From: an uncultured Clostridia bacterium
GTDB taxonomy: Bacteria; Bacillota; Clostridia; RUG12999
Length of the DNA stretch: 64,000 bases
Direction of reading: 5' to 3'
NCBI GenBank assembly: GCA_934792465.1
Contig: CAKVOK010000001.1
Location: 37,144-101,143 of the forward strand
In this document: in pieces, positions 47,540-57,255 of the stretch
How the letters are laid out: the number at the start of each line of letters is the position of its first letter
Numbering within the stretch: the stretch's first letter is position 1
Position numbers and translations under genes: made by a program
Notes under the pieces: generated by a model
What the model was told of the DNA's origin: nothing
Database searches by the model: none
What the model saw: the letters and a program-made list of their open reading frames with translations, nothing else

Positions 47540-47889
47540 TGATTGTTAAAAGAGGCGATATTTATTATGCGGATTTAAGTCCCGTTATCGGGTCTGAACA
47601 AGGAGGTGTACGGCCCGTTCTTATAGTGCAGAACGACGTGGGAAACAAATACAGTCCTACGATAATAGCTGCGGCTATTACGTCGAGGATTAACAAGGCA
47701 AAGCTTCCCACGCACATCGAAATCAGCGCAGAAGACTACGGTCTGAATAAGGACAGCGTTATTCTTCTTGAACAAATCCGCACAATAGATAAAAGACGGC
47801 TTAGGGAAAGAATCGGCAAGCTTGACGACGAGCTTATGGGCATGGTGGACGGAGCTATTGAAGTGAGCTTTGGGTTGAGCGATTATTGA
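47539..47889 (+). CDS. mazF: Type II toxin MazF/PemK-family endoribonuclease (EndoA)
   Basis: [31 protein letters not shown]… is nearly diagnostic for EndoA/MazF. Confidence 0.9.
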   Translation: MIVKRGDIYYADLSPVIGSEQGGVRPVLIVQNDVGNKYSPTIIAAAITSRINKAKLPTHIEISAEDYGLNKDSVILLEQIRTIDKRRLRERIGKLDDELMGMVDGAIEVSFGLSDY

Positions 47890-47905
47890 TGCGGAGGAAT
47901 GACAT

Positions 47906-48334
47906 ATGAAAAAACAGTTTTTGGCAGGACTTGCAGCGGGTCTGGCGATTATAGCAGTGTGCGCCATTGTGGTTCTTGCCACACCGGGTGATGAGGATAA
48001 CCCGTTGATTTCAAAGGCATATCTTGAAAATAATTTCTTTACAACGGTTAAGGAATATGTTTCTTCAAAAACAGAATTTCAGGTTGTTTCCGTTGAAAAG
48101 GGAAAATCTCTTATCGGCAGTGCCGGCTGCGAGCTGATACTGCGACAGGGAAGCGGAAAAATTATAGCCACGGAAAAAGGCGGACTTGCAGATACGACGG
48201 CGGGCGGCGACTTGGCAAACGGCACGAAAATGCCGTCGAACCATTTGCTTATTGTTCCGGTCGGTGACGGCAGAGGGTTTACGGCTTCGGAAAACGTGCT
48301 TGTAATGGTTAAAGGCGGATATGAAATAAAATAA
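47906..48334 (+). CDS. Hypothetical membrane-anchored protein (N-terminal TM, 142 aa)
   Basis: ORF with GGAGG RBS. No family recognised. Confidence 0.4.
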   Translation: MKKQFLAGLAAGLAIIAVCAIVVLATPGDEDNPLISKAYLENNFFTTVKEYVSSKTEFQVVSVEKGKSLIGSAGCELILRQGSGKIIATEKGGLADTTAGGDLANGTKMPSNHLLIVPVGDGRGFTASENVLVMVKGGYEIK

Positions 48335-48346
48335 CTTAATAAGGCG

Positions 48347-49585
48347 GTGAATGAGGGGCAAACCTTGCGGTCTGCTCCCGTTTGCATGGACAGAATTATT
48401 CTTCACTGTGATTGCAACGGATTCTATGCGTCCGTTGAATGTGTGCTTAATCCCGAACTTAAAAATATACCTATGGCGGTCGGAGGAAACGAGAAAGACC
48501 GACACGGCATTATTCTCGCGAAAAACGAGCTTGCGAAAGCATATAATATAAAAACGGCGGAAACGATATGGCAGGCAAAGAAAAAATGTCCGAATCTTAC
48601 GGTAGTTCCTCCGCATCACGATATATACAGCGATTTTTCAAAACGCATAAACGCAATATACGCAAGGTTTACCGACCTTGTGGAACCGTTCAGCATAGAT
48701 GAATCGTGGCTTGATGTGACGGAAAGCGTGAACTTGTTCGGCGGCGGAAAAGAAATTGCGGACAAGCTGCGAAAACTTGTATATGATGAAACGGGCGTTA
48801 CGATTTCCGTTGGGGTGTCGTTCAATAAGATTTTCGCCAAAATGGGCAGCGATTATAAAAAACCGAACGCCACAACCGTCATAAGCCGTGAAAATTATAT
48901 GGATATTTTGTATCCGCTGCCGGCGGACAATATGATATATGTAGGGAAATCGACGCTTGCGAAGCTGCACAGTATCGGAGTTAATACAATCGGAGATATT
49001 GTAAACCTCGGAAAAGACAATCTGACAAATATGTTCGGCAAGGCGGGAACGGAGCTTTATATGAACGCTGCCGGGCTCGGAGATACCGAAGTTAAAAATA
49101 TCGATACGCACAGGGAAATCAAGTCAATCGGCAACAGTACGACTTTCAGATATGATTTAACAACGTTTGAAAGTGCCGTTCCCGAAATACAGGCATTAAG
49201 CGACAGCATTGCCTCACGAATGAGAAAATCAAAGGTAAAATGCAGGGGAGTGCAGGTTACCGTAAAGGATAACGAATTTAAGGTTATAACACGCCAGAGG
49301 ATGCTCGATTCGCCTACAAATTTGGCACGAATCATATCCAAAACGGCACTTGATATATTAAAACAGTCCCGAAGCTTCAAAAAGCCCGTGAGAATGCTTG
49401 CGGTCACCGGGATAAACATTATAAATGAAGAGGAGGCGCATGAACAAATTTCGTTTTTTGAAAATATATCGGACGAAAAATATGAAAATATCGAGAAATC
49501 CATCGATGTTATAAGACAAAAATACGGTAAAGACATTATAAAGCTCGGCGGAGCCAAGACGCTCGCCGAAAAAGACAACGAATAA
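48347..49585 (+). CDS. dinB: DNA polymerase IV (Y-family)
   Basis: ILHCDCNGFYASVE…SIDESWLDVT Y-family motifs. The true start may be the internal ATG at 48386 (MDRIILHCD…). Confidence 0.85.
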   Translation: MNEGQTLRSAPVCMDRIILHCDCNGFYASVECVLNPELKNIPMAVGGNEKDRHGIILAKNELAKAYNIKTAETIWQAKKKCPNLTVVPPHHDIYSDFSKRINAIYARFTDLVEPFSIDESWLDVTESVNLFGGGKEIADKLRKLVYDETGVTISVGVSFNKIFAKMGSDYKKPNATTVISRENYMDILYPLPADNMIYVGKSTLAKLHSIGVNTIGDIVNLGKDNLTNMFGKAGTELYMNAAGLGDTEVKNIDTHREIKSIGNSTTFRYDLTTFESAVPEIQALSDSIASRMRKSKVKCRGVQVTVKDNEFKVITRQRMLDSPTNLARIISKTALDILKQSRSFKKPVRMLAVTGINIINEEEAHEQISFFENISDEKYENIEKSIDVIRQKYGKDIIKLGGAKTLAEKDNE

Positions 49586-49650
49586 AGTTTGAATAAAATT
49601 ATCGTTTTTTCAGACTTTGTGCTTTGCGAAAGGAGAATGTGGTCATAATT

Positions 49651-50493
49651 ATGATTACGGAAATTATTAAATCTATTATATTCGGAATCGTTCAGGGTAT
49701 TACCGAATGGCTTCCGATTTCGAGTACGGGACATTTGCTGTTGATTAATCAGTTTTTAAACCTTAAGTGTTCCAAAGACTTTTTGGATATGTTTAAAGTC
49801 GTTATACAGTTCGGCTCTATTATAGCTGTAATCGTATTGTATTGGAACAAGCTTTTCCCATATACGGTAAAAAAGAAAAAAGGAAAAACAGTGCTTGCAA
49901 AATCAAAGCAGGAACGAATAGATACGTACATATTATGGGCAAAGGTTATTGTAGCTTCAATACCTGCGGCAGTATTCGGATTTTTATTTGAAAATGTTAT
50001 TGACGATGTGCTTTCGACGCCGGTTGTAATAGCGCTTGCGCTTATTATCTACGGTGTACTGTTTATCGTTATAGAAAGCACATCGAAAAAACCTAAGGTT
50101 ACGGATTTGAAACAGCTTTCATTCGGACGTGCGTTTGTGATAGGCTGCTTCCAGTCGCTGGCGCTTATTCCGGGAACATCTCGTTCCGGCTCTACGATAC
50201 TCGGTGCGATAACCATAGGAACGGCACGCCCGGTAGCTTCGGAATTTTCGTTTTTCCTTGCGATTCCGGTTATGTTCGGTGCAAGTCTTTTGAAAATACT
50301 TGGCTTCGGTTTTGATTTTACGCCGCTCGAATGGTGGGTTCTGATTACGGGAACGGTAGTATCTTTCCTTGTTTCCGTTGTCGCAATCAGATTTTTGATG
50401 AACTACATAAGAAAACATGATTTTAAGGCTTTCGGATATTACAGAATCATTCTCGGTATACTTGTATTGATATATTTTTTCTGCATTGCCTGA
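49651..50493 (+). CDS. uppP: Undecaprenyl-diphosphate phosphatase
   Basis: …GIVQGITEWLPISSTGHLLL… BacA/UppP signature. Confidence 0.85.
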   Translation: MITEIIKSIIFGIVQGITEWLPISSTGHLLLINQFLNLKCSKDFLDMFKVVIQFGSIIAVIVLYWNKLFPYTVKKKKGKTVLAKSKQERIDTYILWAKVIVASIPAAVFGFLFENVIDDVLSTPVVIALALIIYGVLFIVIESTSKKPKVTDLKQLSFGRAFVIGCFQSLALIPGTSRSGSTILGAITIGTARPVASEFSFFLAIPVMFGASLLKILGFGFDFTPLEWWVLITGTVVSFLVSVVAIRFLMNYIRKHDFKAFGYYRIILGILVLIYFFCIA

Positions 50494-50506
50494 GGGGTAA
50501 AGCTAT

Positions 50507-52864
50507 ATGAACGAAAAATCACTAAAGACACTTGAATATGATAAAATTTTGAATCAAATTGCGGATTTTGCCGTGACGAAATCCGCAAAAGAAAAAATAA
50601 AAGGATTGAAACCGTCTAAGAAAGTGCAGGTCGTTGAGCATATGCAGGAGGCGACCGAACAGGCATCAAGCATGGCAGTTATGTTTTCTTCACCGCCGAT
50701 ATCGGCGATAAGCGATGTCACGCTTGCGCTGAAACGTGCAAAAATGGGCGGTATGCTCACTCTTGCCGAAATATTGGCGGTCGGCAGCGTTTTAAGATGC
50801 GCAAGAATGCTCGAAGCATATATGGCGAAAACGGATAAGTTTGAGATTTTGAGCAATATGGCGAAAGGTCTTACACCTGTAAAAAGCCTTGAAACGGATA
50901 TAAGCGAAAGTATTTTGAGCGAAGACAGCGTTGCGGACGATGCAAGCAGCGAGCTTGCCGCAATAAGGCGAAAAAAAGCTTCTTTGAACAATAAAATAAA
51001 AGATATATTGGATGATATGGTGCGTTCCGCAGCATATTCAAAATATTTGCAGGAAGCCATTGTCACAATGCGCGACAACAGATATGTGCTGCCGGTCAAA
51101 AACGAATACCGTTCAAATATTCCGGGTATTCTGCATGATTCGTCCGCTACGGGGGCTACGGTCTTTATCGAGCCTATGGCGGTTGTGCAGACGAATAACC
51201 AAATCCGTGATTTATCCATTGCGGAAGAACGTGAGATAGAGAAAATTATTCTTGATTTTTCGGCACGGATTGCCGAAAATGCAGACGTGATTTCGGCAGA
51301 TATGCAGACTGTTACGGACATTGATGTACTTTTTGCGAAAGCAATATACGGCAATGCGAACAAATGCATCCGCCCGACTTTAAGCACAGAGGGACATCTG
51401 GAACTGCGCAAAGCCAGACATCCGCTGATAGATAAAAAAACGGTTGTGCCGATAACGGTGTATCTCGGCAAGGATTTTGATACGCTTGTCGTAACGGGTC
51501 CGAATACGGGCGGTAAAACCGTAACGCTGAAAACCGTCGGACTTTTTGCGCTCATGTTCCAAACAGGGCTTGCTCTGCCATGTGAGCTTGGCAGCACAAT
51601 GCCTGTGTATACCGATGTATTTGCGGATATAGGCGATGAACAGAGCATTGAGCAAAGCTTAAGCACATTCTCGTCACATATGGTTAATATTGTTAATATA
51701 TTAAACGAACTTGAAAAAAATTCGCTTGTTTTGTTCGATGAACTCGGAGCGGGAACAGACCCGGAGGAAGGAGCGGCTCTTGCGATAGAAATACTTGAGT
51801 TTGCACATTCTCTCGGTGCTTCCGCACTTGCCACGACGCATTACAGCGAACTTAAGCTGTACGCACTTTCTACGGAACGTGTCGAAAACGCTTCGTGCGA
51901 GTTTGACGTGGAATCACTTCGTCCGACATATAAACTGCTGATAGGCGTGCCCGGAAAGAGTAATGCGTTTGCAATTTCAAAGAAAATCGGACTTTACGAC
52001 GTTATAATCGAAAATGCAAAAAAACGTATGACGAGCGAAAGCGTCCGGTTTGAGGACGTTATTTCGCAGCTGCACAAAGACCGTGAACAGGCACGTGAGG
52101 AATACGCTTATGCCGCAAAGGCTTCCGCAGAAGTGAAAGCGCTTAAAGAGGAATTGAAGAAAACGCAAAACGAAATCAAACTGAAAAAGGAAAATATAAT
52201 AAATTCGGCAAAGCGTGAGGCACGTGAGATAATAGACAAGGCGAATGACGAAACTTCGGAACTTCTGCGTGAGGTAAGGAAGCTTTCGGCGCAAGCCGTT
52301 ACGAAAGATAACCTGCGCAAAATGGAAGAACTTAAGCTTTCAATCAACAAAAAAGCTGGCAATTCGGAATTAAAAGAAAAACGTGTGAAAACAGGTACGC
52401 GCTCAAAGGATATTAAGCTCGGAATGACTGTGAACATAGTTTCAATGGATAATACCGGTACGGTATTGACTCTGCCGGCGGAAAACGGCGATTTCTTTGT
52501 ACAGGCCGGAATTATGAAAATCAAAACCAATGTCAGTGACGTTAAAGTGATAAAAGACAAACCGGAAAAAGCCGGCGAAAAACTGATTTCGAAAAGAAGT
52601 GTCGGCAGTAAATCAATGACCGTAAATACCGAACTGGATTTGAGGGGATATATGACGTACGACGGCATTATGGAACTCGATAAATTCATTGACGACGCAG
52701 TTTTGGCGTCGCTGCCGAGAGTGAGCGTTATACACGGCAAGGGAACGGGTGCAATGCGTGCCGCCGTGCATGACGCATTGAGGAAAAACAAGGCCGTAAA
52801 ATCTTTCAGACTCGGCGGCTTCGGCGAGGGTGACACAGGCGTGACCATTATAGATTTAAAGTGA
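50507..52864 (+). CDS. mutS2: Endonuclease MutS2 (MutS domain plus C-terminal Smr)
   Basis: Walker A GPNTGGKT, 785 aa, C-terminal Smr domain (…LDLRGYMTYDGIMELDKFIDDAVL…). Confidence 0.9.
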   Translation: MNEKSLKTLEYDKILNQIADFAVTKSAKEKIKGLKPSKKVQVVEHMQEATEQASSMAVMFSSPPISAISDVTLALKRAKMGGMLTLAEILAVGSVLRCARMLEAYMAKTDKFEILSNMAKGLTPVKSLETDISESILSEDSVADDASSELAAIRRKKASLNNKIKDILDDMVRSAAYSKYLQEAIVTMRDNRYVLPVKNEYRSNIPGILHDSSATGATVFIEPMAVVQTNNQIRDLSIAEEREIEKIILDFSARIAENADVISADMQTVTDIDVLFAKAIYGNANKCIRPTLSTEGHLELRKARHPLIDKKTVVPITVYLGKDFDTLVVTGPNTGGKTVTLKTVGLFALMFQTGLALPCELGSTMPVYTDVFADIGDEQSIEQSLSTFSSHMVNIVNILNELEKNSLVLFDELGAGTDPEEGAALAIEILEFAHSLGASALATTHYSELKLYALSTERVENASCEFDVESLRPTYKLLIGVPGKSNAFAISKKIGLYDVIIENAKKRMTSESVRFEDVISQLHKDREQAREEYAYAAKASAEVKALKEELKKTQNEIKLKKENIINSAKREAREIIDKANDETSELLREVRKLSAQAVTKDNLRKMEELKLSINKKAGNSELKEKRVKTGTRSKDIKLGMTVNIVSMDNTGTVLTLPAENGDFFVQAGIMKIKTNVSDVKVIKDKPEKAGEKLISKRSVGSKSMTVNTELDLRGYMTYDGIMELDKFIDDAVLASLPRVSVIHGKGTGAMRAAVHDALRKNKAVKSFRLGGFGEGDTGVTIIDLK

Positions 52865-52880
52865 TTTGCGGGGTTTTTAT

Positions 52881-53681
52881 ATGGCATTTATAAAACATAC
52901 AAAAGGCAGTCTTTCGTATTATACGGATGAACTTATCGATTCGCTCGGCGGTCTTGATTATATTTTTACAACAAGGCTCGGCGGCGTAAGCTCCGGAGAT
53001 TTGGCATCGCTTAATCTCGGTACGGGCAGGGACGATAAGAGAGAAAACATTCTCGAAAATTATAAGCGTGCCTGTGCCGCCGTCAATCTCGACTATACGA
53101 AATGCGTTTTGGCAAAACAGACTCATACAACAAATATACGCATAGTTGTGAAAAACGATTGCGGAAAAGGACTTACCGCCGAAAGCGATATAAGAGATAC
53201 GGACGGACTTATAACGGCTGAACCGGGTATTCCGCTTGTTATATTTTATGCCGACTGCGTTCCGATACTTCTGTTCGACCCGAAAAAGAAAGTCTTGGCT
53301 TGCCTGCACGGCGGCTGGAGAGGAACTGTGAACGGCATTGCCGAAAAGGGCGTAAATATTATGAAAGATACGTTCGGCTGCGGGGATATTTATGCCGCAA
53401 TAGGTCCGTCGATAGGTTCGTGCTGCTTTGAAACAGGACTTGAAACGGCTGAAATCTTTAATCAAAACGGATTCGGCGAATTTGTTGAATACAAAAAAGA
53501 CAAAGCTTTTATAGATTTGTGGGCGGTAAACGAATCGATTTTGAAAAACTGCGGTGTTAAAAACATAAGTATTGCAAGGCTTTGCACGGTATGCCATTGT
53601 GATGAATTTTTTTCGCACAGAGGCTGCGGTGCGGCTACGGGACGCATGGCACTGATTGCCGCAATGCGTTCGGACTTGTAG
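52881..53681 (+). CDS. pgeF: Peptidoglycan editing factor PgeF (YfiH/laccase-domain protein)
   Basis: …CLHGGWRGTVNGI… and …CTVCHCDEFFSHR… motifs. The TTG at 52866 is an alternative start. Confidence 0.8.
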   Translation: MAFIKHTKGSLSYYTDELIDSLGGLDYIFTTRLGGVSSGDLASLNLGTGRDDKRENILENYKRACAAVNLDYTKCVLAKQTHTTNIRIVVKNDCGKGLTAESDIRDTDGLITAEPGIPLVIFYADCVPILLFDPKKKVLACLHGGWRGTVNGIAEKGVNIMKDTFGCGDIYAAIGPSIGSCCFETGLETAEIFNQNGFGEFVEYKKDKAFIDLWAVNESILKNCGVKNISIARLCTVCHCDEFFSHRGCGAATGRMALIAAMRSDL

Positions 53682-53850
53682 AAGATGATGAAGCTTTGTG
53701 CTGTTCCGCTCGTATTATGGGAAAATATGCATAAAATTTTAATTTTAATATTGTAAAATAAAAAAATTTATGCTATACTATAATTGTGTGGTAATGAAAA
53801 GAATTAAAATGATAAATTTAGCCGCAGAGGCGGCGGAACGGAGAATAATT

Positions 53851-54630
53851 ATGGATTTAACGGAATTGAAAAACAAAAGAGGATTTATATGCGATATGGA
53901 CGGTGTCATATACCACGGAAACAGATTGCTTGACGGCGTTCAGGAATTTGTGCAGTGGCTGAGAGATAACGGAAAGGAATTTATATTTCTTACGAACAGC
54001 CCGGAAAGAACCCAGGTTGAACTCAGTCAGAAGCTTAAGAGAATGGGACTTAACGTATCGCCCAGACACTTTTATACAAGTGCGCTTGCAACAGCGGAAT
54101 TTCTTGCAAACCAAAATCCGGGCTGTACGGCATATGTAATAGGCGAACCGGGTATCGTAAATGCACTTTACAACGAGGGAATCGTTATGAATGATGTTAA
54201 TCCGGATTATGTTGTTGTCAGCGAAACGAGAACATATAATTTTGAAAAAATAGAAAAAGCTATAGCGCTTGTTAACAAAGGCGCAAGACTTATAGGAACA
54301 AATCCCGATATAACAGGACCTACGGAAACCGGTGTAATGCCGGCGACGGGAGCGCTTATTTCTCCTATAGAGATAGCAACGGGCAAAAAAGCGTATTTTG
54401 TGGGCAAGCCGAATCCTCTCATGGTTCGCCATGCGAAAAATGTTCTGTCCTGCCACAGTGACGAAACTGCATTTATAGGCGACAGAATGGATACAGATAT
54501 AGTTTCCGGTGTGGAATCGCTTATAGATACGGTATTGGTGCTTAGCGGAGTGACGGATCGCAGCATGGTAGAGTCTTTCCCGTACAGACCGAAATATATT
54601 CTTGACGGCGTAGGCGATATTGCAAAGTGA
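53851..54630 (+). CDS. HAD-IIA family hydrolase (NagD-like)
   Basis: GFICDMDGVIYHG motif I. GGAG RBS before MDLTELK at 53851. Confidence 0.8.
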   Translation: MDLTELKNKRGFICDMDGVIYHGNRLLDGVQEFVQWLRDNGKEFIFLTNSPERTQVELSQKLKRMGLNVSPRHFYTSALATAEFLANQNPGCTAYVIGEPGIVNALYNEGIVMNDVNPDYVVVSETRTYNFEKIEKAIALVNKGARLIGTNPDITGPTETGVMPATGALISPIEIATGKKAYFVGKPNPLMVRHAKNVLSCHSDETAFIGDRMDTDIVSGVESLIDTVLVLSGVTDRSMVESFPYRPKYILDGVGDIAK

Positions 54631-55574
54631 AGAGCTATATAATAGATAAAAATAACAACGGTGTTCGCCTGGATAAGTTTGTGCTCGGTGTCTGCAAGAG
54701 TTTGCCGGGATCTATGGTGTATAAATACATACGCAAAAAGAGGATTAAGGTAAACGGCAAAAAGCAGGAAGCTTCATATAGGCTTATTTCCGGAGATAAA
54801 GTCGAGCTGTATATTAATGATGAATTTTTTGAAAAACAGAATGAGGACACGGCATTTTTAAGTGTGCGTGCCACACCGGATATTATTTATGAAGATTCGA
54901 ATATTATAATTGTAAATAAGCCTGCCGGGCTTGTTGTTCATACGGACGACGGCGGAGAAATTGTAAACACGCTGATTTCTTATATAAAAAAATATCTTTA
55001 CGATAAGGGTGAATATAAGCTTTCGGACAATTTTGTGCCGTCACTCTGCAATCGTATAGACAGAAATACGTGCGGACTTGTCATTGCGGCAAAAAACGCT
55101 GCGGCTTTAAGAGTGATGAACCAAAAGATTAAAGACAGGGAAATAAAAAAATTTTATTACTGCGTGGTAAAAGGCATTCCCGAACCGGAGGAAGCCGTGA
55201 AAAAAGCATACATCGTGAAAGATGAAGAGAAAAAAGAAGTCAAGGTATACGGCACGCCGAGAGACGGGGCGAAAACTGCGCTCACGAAATATAAAGTGCT
55301 GAAAAAAGGCAGTGTTTCAAGCCTCGTAGAGGTGGAACTGCTTACGGGAAGAACGCATCAGATACGTGCGCATTTCGCCTATATGGGTCATCCGCTTGCC
55401 GGTGACGGCAAATACGGCGAACGTGAGTTCAACCGTATAATGGGCAGAAAATATCAGGCACTTTGCGCATACAAGCTGAAATTCGATTTTACAACGGACG
55501 GCGGTGTTCTCGAATATCTTAACGGAAAAACAGTTGCAATTCCGGAGGAAGAAGCGGAACGGCTGATAACTTAG
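54627..55574 (+). CDS. RluA-family pseudouridine synthase
   Basis: N-terminal S4-like region plus catalytic …NRIDRNTCGLVIAAKN… and …GRTHQIRAH… motifs. Confidence 0.85.
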   Translation: MKSYIIDKNNNGVRLDKFVLGVCKSLPGSMVYKYIRKKRIKVNGKKQEASYRLISGDKVELYINDEFFEKQNEDTAFLSVRATPDIIYEDSNIIIVNKPAGLVVHTDDGGEIVNTLISYIKKYLYDKGEYKLSDNFVPSLCNRIDRNTCGLVIAAKNAAALRVMNQKIKDREIKKFYYCVVKGIPEPEEAVKKAYIVKDEEKKEVKVYGTPRDGAKTALTKYKVLKKGSVSSLVEVELLTGRTHQIRAHFAYMGHPLAGDGKYGEREFNRIMGRKYQALCAYKLKFDFTTDGGVLEYLNGKTVAIPEEEAERLIT

Positions 55575-55719
55575 GATTTGTGATTGTGGCATTTGCACTC
55601 TTTTTTGATATATGACAACAGCTTATTTGTGAAAATATCTGATTGACAAATAAAATTTAATATGATACAATATACAGTGTAAGAAATACCGCAGAAAATT
55701 GCGGTAAAAACAGAAAAAA

Positions 55720-55840
55720 CATTTTTGTGACTGACGGATAAGCGGAGTACCGCAGAGGAGCAAAAATGAATATTTTAAATGTCGACCGTCTGGGCAGTTC
55801 TGCTTTTTATGAGGGCAGGGCTGCCCTTATATTTTGCAGT
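55720..55840 (+). ncRNA. Candidate ZTP (pfl-motif) riboswitch with a terminator-like expression platform, leading the pur operon.
   Basis: 5' sub-domain …UGACUGACGG-AUAA-GCGGAGUACCGC-AGAGGAGC… and 3' sub-domain …CGACCGUCUGGGCA… match the pfl consensus I recall (…GACUGGCG…P2…GGGAGC… / …CCGCCUGGGCA…). The pseudoknot pair GGCG/CGCC is replaced by GACG/CGUC, a compensatory change. It is followed by a GAGGGCAG-gg-CTGCCCTT hairpin and then UAUAUUUU. Confidence 0.55.
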
Positions 55841-55905
55841 ATTCTTATCATTAATTACCCTGCGGATAAGAAGTATTTATATTTATGCCGTGCAGGGAGG
55901 CGGAA

Positions 55906-56403
55906 ATGGAGTTCATTATGAAAAAAGTTGCGGTTATAATGGGCAGCGACAGCGACTTGCCCGTAGTTGAAAAAGCGATTGACGTTTTAAAGGAGTTTGA
56001 GATTCCTTTTGAAGTGCATATTTATTCGGCACACAGAACGCCGGTTCAGGCAAGAGATTTTGCACTTAATGCAAGAAAAAACGGATTCGGTGTGATTATT
56101 GCGGCAGCGGGCATGGCGGCACACCTTGCCGGAGCATTTGCCGCAAACACAACGCTTCCGGTAATCGGAATACCTGTGAAATCAAGCTTTGACGGAATGG
56201 ACGCACTGCTTTCCACGGTGCAGATGCCGAGCGGCATACCGGTTGCTTCCGTAGCTGTGAACGGAGCAAAAAATGCGGCATATCTTGCCGCCGAAATACT
56301 TGCGGTGCAGGATTCGGTGCTTGCGGAAAAGCTTGAAAACACAAGAAAACAGGCAGAAGAAAGCGTACTTAAAAAAGATAAAGAAATTTCCGAAAAATTC
56401 TGA
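55906..56403 (+). CDS. purE: 5-(carboxyamino)imidazole ribonucleotide mutase
   Basis: …[16 protein letters not shown]… and …[10 protein letters not shown]… PurE motifs. GGGAGG RBS 5 nt before the ATG at 55906. Confidence 0.9.
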   Translation: MEFIMKKVAVIMGSDSDLPVVEKAIDVLKEFEIPFEVHIYSAHRTPVQARDFALNARKNGFGVIIAAAGMAAHLAGAFAANTTLPVIGIPVKSSFDGMDALLSTVQMPSGIPVASVAVNGAKNAAYLAAEILAVQDSVLAEKLENTRKQAEESVLKKDKEISEKF

Positions 56404-56451
56404 TGTTTGAATATAAATTACCATGCCGTTTCGGCAGAAAGGATGTTAATT

Positions 56452-57162
56452 ATGGAAAAGACAACGCAAATGTATGAGGGCAAGGCAAAAAAAGTTTTTG
56501 CAACAACAGACCCGGAGTGCTGCATAGTATCGTACAAAGATGATGCTACGGCGCTTAATGGGAAGAAAAAAGGTACGATACTGGGAAAAGGCGCAATCAA
56601 CAACCGTGTTACGAATTTTCTTATGCAGCTGCTGGAAAAAAACGGAATACCTACGCATTTTGTAAAAGAGCTTAACGACAGAGAAACTGTTGTAAAAAAA
56701 GTGGAAATAGTACCTCTCGAAGTTATTGTGAGAAATATTGCGGCGGGCTCCCTCGCAAAACGTCTGGGACTTGAAGAGGGCGTTAAAATGAAATCCACAG
56801 TTCTTGAATTTTGCTATAAAAACGATGAACTGGACGATCCTATGGTAAATGAATACCATATATTAGCTATGGGCTTCTGCACAAAAGAAGACCTCGACCT
56901 TATATCCGAGTATTCTCTTAAAATAAATAAAATATTGTCCGAATATTTGAAAGAAGCAAATATAGAGCTTATAGATTTCAAATTGGAATTCGGAAAGACG
57001 TCGGACGGAAAGCTTGTTCTTGCGGATGAAATTTCTCCGGATACGTGCCGTTTCTGGGATATGACAACGCATGAAAAACTTGATAAAGACCGTTTCAGAA
57101 GAGATATGGGCGGAGTGGAAGATGCATATCAGGAGATTTTAAAGCGTTTATTGGGTGAATAA
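56452..57162 (+). CDS. purC: Phosphoribosylaminoimidazole-succinocarboxamide synthase
   Basis: [16 protein letters not shown]… SAICAR synthetase N-terminus, 236 aa. Confidence 0.9.
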   Translation: MEKTTQMYEGKAKKVFATTDPECCIVSYKDDATALNGKKKGTILGKGAINNRVTNFLMQLLEKNGIPTHFVKELNDRETVVKKVEIVPLEVIVRNIAAGSLAKRLGLEEGVKMKSTVLEFCYKNDELDDPMVNEYHILAMGFCTKEDLDLISEYSLKINKILSEYLKEANIELIDFKLEFGKTSDGKLVLADEISPDTCRFWDMTTHEKLDKDRFRRDMGGVEDAYQEILKRLLGE

Positions 57163-57255
57163 AAAATGTGGCTCGGAGCTGCGGCGATTTGCTGCGGCTT
57201 CGGGTAGGATTCACTTATAATAAACGCTGTTTTTCGCTAAAAAGGAGTTTGAATA

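Noticed and set aside
50554-52887. Long minus-strand ORFs (426 aa, 259 aa) inside mutS2
   Set aside because: They are antisense shadow ORFs of a confidently identified gene. They are Ser/Ala-rich low-complexity translations.
55575-55905. Purine (guanine/adenine) riboswitch upstream of purE
   Set aside because: No UAUA…GGGA…CCGUAAAU-type three-way-junction signature. The conserved blocks instead fit the ZTP/pfl motif.
55779-55970. 63-aa plus-strand ORF spanning the pur leader
   Set aside because: It overlaps the riboswitch/terminator and the purE RBS. It has no RBS of its own and its sequence is hydrophobic junk.
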